From the NCBI GenBank assembly GCA_042850255.1, contig AP031373.1, positions 741,327-773,326 on the forward strand: a DNA stretch of 32,000 bases, given 5' to 3'. Position numbers and translations under genes: made by a program. The stretch is from Nanobdellota archaeon (lineage in GTDB: Archaea; Nanobdellota; Nanobdellia; Nanobdellales; Nanobdellaceae). How positions within the stretch are numbered: position 1 is the stretch's first letter; each line of letters opens with the position of its first letter. The notes under the pieces were generated by a model that searched no databases, was not told the origin of the DNA, and was given only the letters and a program-made list of their open reading frames with translations. This document shows, in pieces, positions 25,457 to 32,000 of the stretch.

Positions 25457-27226
25457 ACCCCAGGTTGGATTTTCTTTCCTCATGATATTTGCAATTTCCT
25501 TTAATATTTCTTTTTGTTCATTACTTAATATATCTTTATAATTTTTGAATGTTCTATAATCATTTTCAGTAATAAATGTATATAAAATATCACCTTCAAA
25601 TAAATTTCTTCCAACTACTGCATCATCAATTGATACAGCAACTTTATCCCCTTTATTAGCTTCATCTAAATTTTTCTTTTCATATTGTATTGCCAATATT
25701 CTTCCGATTATTTTTCCTTTATTATTAATTAAATAAACATCTTTTCTTATTTTACCTTCTAATACTTCTACCCCAACTATTGCAGGTCCAGATCTTCTAA
25801 ATATATTACCTTGTAAAACCTGTATTTTACCTAGTACAGGTAAAGATTGTAATATTTTTTCTTTACTATATAACATTTCATTTACATATTTATCTATTTG
25901 TTCTATTAGATTATATATTATATCCGATAATATTATTTTTACATTTGAAGATTTTACAATATTTTCTATATTTTTATCTATTTTAACATTAAATCCTATT
26001 ATAACAGAATATGCTAAATTTTTTTCTTTCATAGATAAGGCAATATCTAAATCTTCTTTATCTATATCTCCAATATCTGCCTTTTTAATTGGAATATTTT
26101 TATCCTTCAACATTTTTACTAATACTTCTAAAGATCCCAATGTATCCGCTTTTACAACAATACCTTCCTTATCACTTTTAAATATTATTTCATTTATATC
26201 AGATTTTAATTTATTTTCTATTTCTTTTAACTCTTCTTCATTATTATATACATATATAGTAGAACCTGGTAATGCATCTTCCAATCCATCTGCTAATATT
26301 CTTATCCCAGAAGCTGCATGGGCCTCCTGTACTTCTACAAATTTACTTTTAGCAAATCTTATATCAGTTAAGGGAGCTGGTCTTAAAATTCCCCTAACTT
26401 TTGTAGTTTTTATTCCATTTTTTGATATAAATACAATTTTATCTCCTTTTCTTATTCTTCCATCATATAATATAATATCTATAACATTTCCTAATCCTTT
26501 TTCTTCTTTCCTTTCCAATATAACACCAATTCCATTACCTTCAACATTTATTTTTAACTTTTCCTCCAAATATCTTTGAACTAAACCTGCAATAATTAAT
26601 AATAAATCCGGAATTCCTTCTCCTGTTTTTGCAGATACCGGTATAATAGAAACCTGTTTTCTAAAATCTTTTACCCTATCATATCTTTCAGAATCAAATC
26701 CCAACTCATATAATTTTGCTACAATATTATAAACATATTCATCCAACTTATTTTGCACTTTTTGATCCTGATATTTTATTACTTCTAAAAATGGTTTATT
26801 TTCAAAGGATTTCCATCCATCTATTTTATCAATTTTATTTAAAGCAATTAAAAATGGTACTTTAAATTGTTTACATATTTCTATTGCTTCATAAGTTTGT
26901 TTTTGAAATCCTTCTAATATATCTACAACGATTACTGCAAAATCTGATACAGAACCTCCTCTTCTTCTTAAATTACTAAAGGCTTCATGTCCTGGAGTAT
27001 CTATAAATAATAATGAAGGAATTTTTAATTCAAACTTAAATACATTCAATAAAGGTTTTGCTATATTATTTATAACACTAATAGGTACTTCCGTTGCACC
27101 AATATGTTGAGTCATTTCTCCAGCTTCTTTACTAACAAAAGATGTATTTCTAATTTTATCTAATAATGATGTTTTACCGGCATCAACATGTCCTAATACA
27201 ACAATAATCGGAGACCTGATTGTCAT
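25451..27226 (-). CDS. infB: translation initiation factor aIF5B (IF-2 homolog)
   Basis: G-domain LGHVDAGKTSLLDKIR, IDTPGHEAF, NKIDK, SAKTGEGI, followed by the beta-barrel and C-terminal domains at the typical length of about 590 aa. Confidence 0.95.
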   Translation of the reverse strand: MTIRSPIIVVLGHVDAGKTSLLDKIRNTSFVSKEAGEMTQHIGATEVPISVINNIAKPLLNVFKFELKIPSLLFIDTPGHEAFSNLRRRGGSVSDFAVIVVDILEGFQKQTYEAIEICKQFKVPFLIALNKIDKIDGWKSFENKPFLEVIKYQDQKVQNKLDEYVYNIVAKLYELGFDSERYDRVKDFRKQVSIIPVSAKTGEGIPDLLLIIAGLVQRYLEEKLKINVEGNGIGVILERKEEKGLGNVIDIILYDGRIRKGDKIVFISKNGIKTTKVRGILRPAPLTDIRFAKSKFVEVQEAHAASGIRILADGLEDALPGSTIYVYNNEEELKEIENKLKSDINEIIFKSDKEGIVVKADTLGSLEVLVKMLKDKNIPIKKADIGDIDKEDLDIALSMKEKNLAYSVIIGFNVKIDKNIENIVKSSNVKIILSDIIYNLIEQIDKYVNEMLYSKEKILQSLPVLGKIQVLQGNIFRRSGPAIVGVEVLEGKIRKDVYLINNKGKIIGRILAIQYEKKNLDEANKGDKVAVSIDDAVVGRNLFEGDILYTFITENDYRTFKNYKDILSNEQKEILKEIANIMRKENPTWGL

Positions 27227-27270
27227 TAATATTTACTTAATTAAAAAATATATAAAATCAATATATTTTT

Positions 27271-27573
27271 ATGGAGATTTACCATCCAGAACATAGAGAA
27301 TTAAATAGTGAATTGGATGTATATCTAAAAATTTCAGATATATTATATTTTTATAAAGAGGGGAAAGAAGATAAAGAAAAAACGATAAAACAATTAAATT
27401 TCTTAAAATTAATCGTAAAGAAGAATTTTGGAAAAGAAGAATTATTAAATTTAATAGAAGATGCTAAAGATTTATTAGAAAAATATGATAAAAATTCCTA
27501 TGACGAATTTATTAAAAAATATAATTTAGAAGAAAAATTAAAAGAAAATAATATATTAAAATTTTTTCACTGA
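27271..27573 (+). CDS. hypothetical Lys/Glu-rich helical protein (100 aa)
   Basis: ORF only. No family recognised. Confidence 0.4.
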   Translation: MEIYHPEHRELNSELDVYLKISDILYFYKEGKEDKEKTIKQLNFLKLIVKKNFGKEELLNLIEDAKDLLEKYDKNSYDEFIKKYNLEEKLKENNILKFFH

Positions 27574-28313
27574 TATTTTCTATTTAATTCAAACATTCCT
27601 AAAAATAAAAATAATACATCAAATAATATTAAAACTAATATATCAATATATAATGGTAAATAATGTAATCCAATAGTAATTCCCCTTAATAAATCTATTC
27701 CATAAGATAAAGGATCTATTAATGTTATATAATATAATACTTTTGGAACAACATTTAATGGATAAAATGCTCCTGATAAAAACATTAATGGAAATATTAA
27801 AAATGAAGATATTGCACCAAATCCTTCAAATGTATCAATAATAATTCCTAATAATAATCCTAAAGATGATATTCCTAAAGATATTAAGAATAATACTAAT
27901 AATGATAATAAAAATGATATTGGAGTTATTTCAAAGTGAATTATAAATGAAAATAATAATACCAATATTCCTTGAATTATTCCTATGGTAGAACCTCCCA
28001 AAGCATTTCCTAAAAATACAGATAATCTAGAAGCTGGAGAAACTTGAAATAGTTTAAATACTCCAAATTCTTTATCCCATATTAAAGAAATACCAGACAT
28101 TAAACTTAATCCTACAACAGATATACCAACAATTCCTGGAAATAAAAATGATAGATAATTTATATTTCCTACTTTTATAAAACTAAATCCCAAACCCATT
28201 ACAAATAATAATAATATAGGCTGGAATAATGAGGATACAAATCTCATCTTATCCCTTAAATATTTTATTACATTTCTCCTCCACATCCAATATATTTGGT
28301 CTAAATTTATCAT
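27567..28313 (-). CDS. ABC-2 type transporter permease
   Basis: Six predicted TM helices of typical ABC-2 size. The start overlaps the stop of the upstream ABC ATPase (ATGA). Confidence 0.75.
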   Translation of the reverse strand: MINLDQIYWMWRRNVIKYLRDKMRFVSSLFQPILLLFVMGLGFSFIKVGNINYLSFLFPGIVGISVVGLSLMSGISLIWDKEFGVFKLFQVSPASRLSVFLGNALGGSTIGIIQGILVLLFSFIIHFEITPISFLLSLLVLFLISLGISSLGLLLGIIIDTFEGFGAISSFLIFPLMFLSGAFYPLNVVPKVLYYITLIDPLSYGIDLLRGITIGLHYLPLYIDILVLILFDVLFLFLGMFELNRKYQ

Positions 28314-29227
28314 TGTAATTCTTTACCAGTATAATATAAAAATACTTCGCCTAGAGTTGGTTTCCTCACACTTACAGAATTTATCTTTATATTTTTATTT
28401 TTCACATATTCAAACAATTCTCCCAAAAACTTTTCAGAATCTTTTACAGTTATAATATATTTATCTTCTGTTTTCTTTATATCTTTAATATAATCAGATT
28501 TTATATCAATGTTGTCTTTTGTTTCTATTACTACTAAATCTCCTTCTAACTTTTTCTTTAATTCTTCAGGTTCTCCAATTACCTTTATTTCTCCTTTATC
28601 AATTATTGCAACTTTATTACATAATTCTTCTGCTTCTTCCATATAATGTGTAGCAATAAAGACTGTAACATCATATTCTTTTACCATTTTCTTAATATAA
28701 TTCCATAGATTATATCTAATATCAGGATCTAAACCTGTGGTAGGTTCATCTAAAAATAATACTTTTGGATCTGATAATAATGCTCTAGCAATTTCTACTT
28801 TTCTTTTCATTCCTCCAGATAAATATCTTACTAATTTATTTTCAAAATCTTTTAATTCAAAAAATTCTAATAATTCTTCTATTTTTTCATCTCTTTTATT
28901 TTTAGGAACATTATATAATGATGCACCAATATATAAATTTTCTTTTATAGTTAATCTATTATCTAATGATGAATCTTGAAATACAATTCCAATAGATTCT
29001 CTTACTTTTTGTTGTTCTTTTAATATATCATAACCATTTACTTTTGCTGATCCAGAAGTAGGTTTTACTATTGTAGTTAATATTGAAATTAATGTAGATT
29101 TTCCTGCCCCATTTGGTCCTAGTATTCCAAATATTTCTCCTCTTTTTACATTAAATGTAACACCTTTCAAAGCAGTAATATCTTTGTATTTTTTTACTAT
29201 ATTATTAACTTCTATAGCATAATCCAT
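28310..29227 (-). CDS. ABC transporter ATP-binding protein (DrrA/CcmA-like, with C-terminal extension)
   Basis: Walker A GPNGAGKST, Q-loop, signature LSGGMKRKVEIA, Walker B LFLDEPTTGLD, H-loop ATHYMEEAE. Confidence 0.92.
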   Translation of the reverse strand: MDYAIEVNNIVKKYKDITALKGVTFNVKRGEIFGILGPNGAGKSTLISILTTIVKPTSGSAKVNGYDILKEQQKVRESIGIVFQDSSLDNRLTIKENLYIGASLYNVPKNKRDEKIEELLEFFELKDFENKLVRYLSGGMKRKVEIARALLSDPKVLFLDEPTTGLDPDIRYNLWNYIKKMVKEYDVTVFIATHYMEEAEELCNKVAIIDKGEIKVIGEPEELKKKLEGDLVVIETKDNIDIKSDYIKDIKKTEDKYIITVKDSEKFLGELFEYVKNKNIKINSVSVRKPTLGEVFLYYTGKELQ

Positions 29228-29241
29228 AGTTTTAAATAAAT

Positions 29242-29631
29242 TTATTTTATTTTTATAAACTTACCATATTCTCTGTAATTTGAATATAACCAAACCAATA
29301 TCATATATATCAAAGTTTCTAATATTAATTGAACTAAACCAAAACCTATGAAAATACTAATAAATAGATATGAAAATAAATCAAAAATAAAAATTATAAC
29401 CCAATCTAAATTTTTTATATTTTTTATCCTATCATATAAATTTATTACTCCAATTATCCAGATAAATATTATTAATCCAACAAACCATGATAATACAGAT
29501 TGTATAGTATATGAAAATATAGCAAAGATTGATGATATAATTATACTTATTGCAAGTATTAATATAGATATTAATAATAATTTTATTGATTCTTCTCTTG
29601 TATATGTAAATAATCTTCTTACGTCAACCAT
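29242..29631 (-). CDS. small polytopic membrane protein (129 aa), unknown function
   Basis: Four hydrophobic helices. It lies between the pilin-signal surface protein and the ABC ATPase, with gaps of 16 and 14 nt. Confidence 0.5.
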   Translation of the reverse strand: MVDVRRLFTYTREESIKLLLISILILAISIIISSIFAIFSYTIQSVLSWFVGLIIFIWIIGVINLYDRIKNIKNLDWVIIFIFDLFSYLFISIFIGFGLVQLILETLIYMILVWLYSNYREYGKFIKIK

Positions 29632-29647
29632 TTTTATATAATATTTT

Positions 29648-31981
29648 CTAACTTATATAAATTGAAGGCATAACTCCATTTGGTGGATATGCTCTTGCAA
29701 TTACCCATTCTACATATTGATAGGACTGTCCATCTCCAGTACCTGCTCCAATTTCTAAGGTAGGATAAATGATAGGATTATAGTTTAAGTTAGCATAATT
29801 ATAATTTCCCATATACAAACTGTAAGAATATGTATCTAATAATGTTAAAGGTATCCAAACCTGATTTAAAGTGTATTGATACCAACCTGATTGTGCATAT
29901 GTTTGATTAACAATTAGATATGTATAAAATGTACCACCAGTAGGTTGGAAATTAATATTAGAATAATCATGATCTTGATAAGCACTTGCTAAAAGATCAT
30001 ATGAAAAATAATAATCTGGTGAAGATATATATTCAAATTGTGAAAATATGGAATCATTAGCTACAGGAGTTTCATTACCTATTACAATAGAAATAGTATA
30101 TAGACCAGGCACTTGATCGCTTGTATTTCCAAATAATGATATAGTACTTCCATCCCCATTAAAAAGGTTAAGAGAATTATAATACCATGCTTCTTCAACG
30201 ATTAATGGTATCTCTGGAATATTTCCATTATTATATGGTAAAATATACGTAGATTCGTTAATTGTATTATTTAACATTTCTATACCATATGGAGTTGCAG
30301 TAGGTACATAATTTGTAGTTGCATATTGTGATTTGTATCCTATCCATCCATCAAATGTATTATTAAAATATCCATAAGATATAAATACATCTTGTCCATT
30401 ATCATAACCACTTATAACCTGTGGAGATGCTCCTACATACGGGTAATATTGTGAATAATAATTATTACTACTATTTCCAATATACATGTATATTGTATAA
30501 TTACTATTTGTAGGAATTCCGTTAGAAATATTTATCCACCATATTTTACAATATAAATTATTATAATCGGCTTCTCCTTCATACCAAGAATATAATAATG
30601 ATCCATTTATATTTGATGTATTACTAAAGAAATATACATTAGATCCATTTGAATTAATTAAATTAAATAATGTTTGATTATTTACATATGCAAAGTTTGA
30701 ACCTAAATTTGGAGGATATGGAGAGAATTCGTATATACCTATTAATATATCTACTGGAGAATATTGAACATTCATTACAATAGAAATATTATAAGTTCCT
30801 GGAGACTGATTATAACATACTGCAAAGAAAGATGTTCCATAACCTCCACTTGTTATATTTATCAAAGTTTGGCATCCAGAAGGTACAGATATTGTACAAT
30901 TATTTACATCACAAACTATAGACATTGTGACATTAGATGTTGTATTTAAAGTATAGTTATAGGAGGTAGCAACACTGCCAATAACATTGCTCACATCATT
31001 GATAGTAATACCTTGGAAATTATAATACTCATTTGTATTTATTGCTACACCACTAGTCACGACATTAGTTGAAGAGCTAGAATAATCCGAGCATAAATTT
31101 GAATTTTGATAACCCAAACTTCCATAACTAACATTGTCTATTTCCTGTATATTCCAAGAAATAGAAGATAAAGGAGCATAAACAGAATATCCATTACATA
31201 AATATAATGTTGCATTCTGTGGTAAAGTAACAGATGCGGAATATGATCCTGATGTAGAATTATATCCCAATATTTCAAAATATGGATTTTGTATTGTTGT
31301 TCCATTACATATTGCAATATCTTGTTGGAATGGAGAAGGAGTATTAATAGGTTGAGTATTATATAATGTTACAGTATAATAAGGTATATTTGATATAGTA
31401 CTATTTGTTGTATTACTTGGTGGAGTTGAAGATGTGGTATTAGTAGTATTACTTGGAGAACTACTTGTAGAATTAGTATTATTAGTTGAAGAATAACTAC
31501 TAATAGTATTATTATTACCATTTAATATTTCATATCCTATACCTAAATTATTACTATTACTTATTCCTTGATATGTTAATGATACTTGAGGATTAATATT
31601 TGTATAAGGATTATATATACATGTTATATTATTTATATAACATATTTCCTCATCTCCAGGATTAATTATATTATTATTACATATAATATTATTACCATTA
31701 ACGACTATAACAGTATTATTTTGATTTATAGTTATTATAGAATTATTAATATCAATTGGTATATTTCCATTATTATATATTGTAAAATATAATAATCCAT
31801 TAGAACAGTATAAATTTACAATACTAAATGATATTGTATCTGTTAATTTATTAGTATTAGAAGTTGTAGAAGATGTTATAGAATTAAACATACCAGATAA
31901 CCATGCATATAATAATGCAGCAATTGCAATAACAATAACTATTAATAATATAGTTGCAATAATTGGAGAAATAGATTTCAT
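29648..31981 (-). CDS. large surface protein: class III (pilin-type) signal peptide + pilin-like domain + S/T/N linker + Cys-containing middle region + C-terminal DUF2341/LamG-lectin-like domain
   Basis: N-terminus MKSISPIIATILLIVIVIAIAALLYAW. Linker SSYSSTNNTNSTSSSPSNTTNTTSSTPPSNTTNSTISN (nt 31388-31516). C-terminal blocks LYSWYEGEADYNNLYCKIWWINISNGIPTNSNYTIYMYIGN and YQYVEWVIARAYPPNGVMP resemble DUF2341/concanavalin-like surface proteins. N-x-S/T sequons are very numerous. Confidence 0.7.
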   Translation of the reverse strand: MKSISPIIATILLIVIVIAIAALLYAWLSGMFNSITSSTTSNTNKLTDTISFSIVNLYCSNGLLYFTIYNNGNIPIDINNSIITINQNNTVIVVNGNNIICNNNIINPGDEEICYINNITCIYNPYTNINPQVSLTYQGISNSNNLGIGYEILNGNNNTISSYSSTNNTNSTSSSPSNTTNTTSSTPPSNTTNSTISNIPYYTVTLYNTQPINTPSPFQQDIAICNGTTIQNPYFEILGYNSTSGSYSASVTLPQNATLYLCNGYSVYAPLSSISWNIQEIDNVSYGSLGYQNSNLCSDYSSSSTNVVTSGVAINTNEYYNFQGITINDVSNVIGSVATSYNYTLNTTSNVTMSIVCDVNNCTISVPSGCQTLINITSGGYGTSFFAVCYNQSPGTYNISIVMNVQYSPVDILIGIYEFSPYPPNLGSNFAYVNNQTLFNLINSNGSNVYFFSNTSNINGSLLYSWYEGEADYNNLYCKIWWINISNGIPTNSNYTIYMYIGNSSNNYYSQYYPYVGASPQVISGYDNGQDVFISYGYFNNTFDGWIGYKSQYATTNYVPTATPYGIEMLNNTINESTYILPYNNGNIPEIPLIVEEAWYYNSLNLFNGDGSTISLFGNTSDQVPGLYTISIVIGNETPVANDSIFSQFEYISSPDYYFSYDLLASAYQDHDYSNINFQPTGGTFYTYLIVNQTYAQSGWYQYTLNQVWIPLTLLDTYSYSLYMGNYNYANLNYNPIIYPTLEIGAGTGDGQSYQYVEWVIARAYPPNGVMPSIYIS

Positions 31982-32000
31982 AATATAATTAAAATATTCA

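Noticed and set aside
418-31792. Sixteen track ORFs of 60-97 aa lie antisense inside longer genes: 418-669, 4517-4750, 7211-7417, 8471-8698, 10426-10632, 10960-11157, 11082-11279, 14385-14570, 14946-15137, 16493-16675, 21383-21571, 24001-24207, 28737-28979, 29348-29641, 30764-30949 and 31586-31792.
   Set aside because: Each lies entirely within a longer ORF that has clear family motifs or a strong membrane or secreted profile. Their translations are low-complexity L/F/I/Y-rich strings typical of the reverse frame of AT-rich coding sequence. I treat them as shadow ORFs.
29648-31981. Diversity-generating retroelement targeting the lectin-like C-terminus of the large surface protein.
   Set aside because: No reverse transcriptase gene is in the window, and I found no template or variable repeat pair. 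The internal similarity is compositional (N/S/T/Y-rich), not a discrete nucleotide repeat.
1-32000. C/D box sRNAs (RUGAUGA...CUGA) and archaeal BRE/TATA promoter calls.
   Set aside because: ATGATGA-like strings occur only inside coding regions (e.g. near 4931, 14553, 25083, 28970) and have no convincing D/D' arrangement. TATA-like sequences occur in virtually every spacer of this AT-rich DNA. Individual promoter calls, including TTTATATT about 30-38 nt upstream of the tRNA, cannot be supported by eye.
1-32000. CRISPR arrays, rRNA genes, additional tRNAs.
   Set aside because: Structured thermophile RNAs should stand out as GC-rich islands. The only such island I see is 19206-19278. I noticed no regularly spaced direct repeats.

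Overview
The window is a very A+T-rich, tightly packed archaeal chromosomal segment. I call 41 protein-coding genes or fragments and one tRNA. I found no rRNA, CRISPR array, transposase or integrase.

Archaeal hallmark genes are unambiguous:
- Topo VI A and B, aIF5B, aIF1/SUI1, TFS, Kae1 and RNase P Rpp29.
- Ribosomal proteins eS6 and a mini uL29.
- AGOG 8-oxoG glycosylase and a Sec11-type signal peptidase.
- Two proteins with class III (type IV pilin-like) signal peptides.

Several features are consistent with a reduced, thermophilic, DPANN/Nanoarchaeota-like genome. This is inference, not a database result:
- The single tRNA (Asn-GTT) is 50/73 G+C with almost all-GC stems inside AT-rich DNA.
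- Genes overlap extensively.
- The ribosomal gene cluster is scattered.
- Subunits of multi-subunit enzymes sit alone.

Metabolic genes are sparse: aldo/keto reductase, ADP-forming acetyl-CoA synthetase beta, 2-oxoacid:ferredoxin oxidoreductase beta, a small GH1 glycosidase, enolase, an M20 hydrolase and an HDAC-type deacetylase.

The most interesting locus is a four-gene minus-strand operon at 27567-31981. It encodes a 777-aa pilin-signal, sequon-rich, lectin/DUF2341-like surface protein, a small polytopic membrane protein, and an ABC-2 type ATPase and permease. I read it as a candidate cell-surface or host-contact module.

Other points worth a second look:
- A pyrophosphatase-fold protein that has lost nearly all catalytic residues.
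- An insertion of about 76 aa in Kae1.
- An unannotated 44-aa uL29-like ORF.
- A G5-tract frameshift in the aldo/keto reductase.
- Tandem paralogous membrane proteins.
- A 37-bp quasi-palindrome in the only sizeable noncoding gap.

All family assignments are by eye from motifs. No searches were run.
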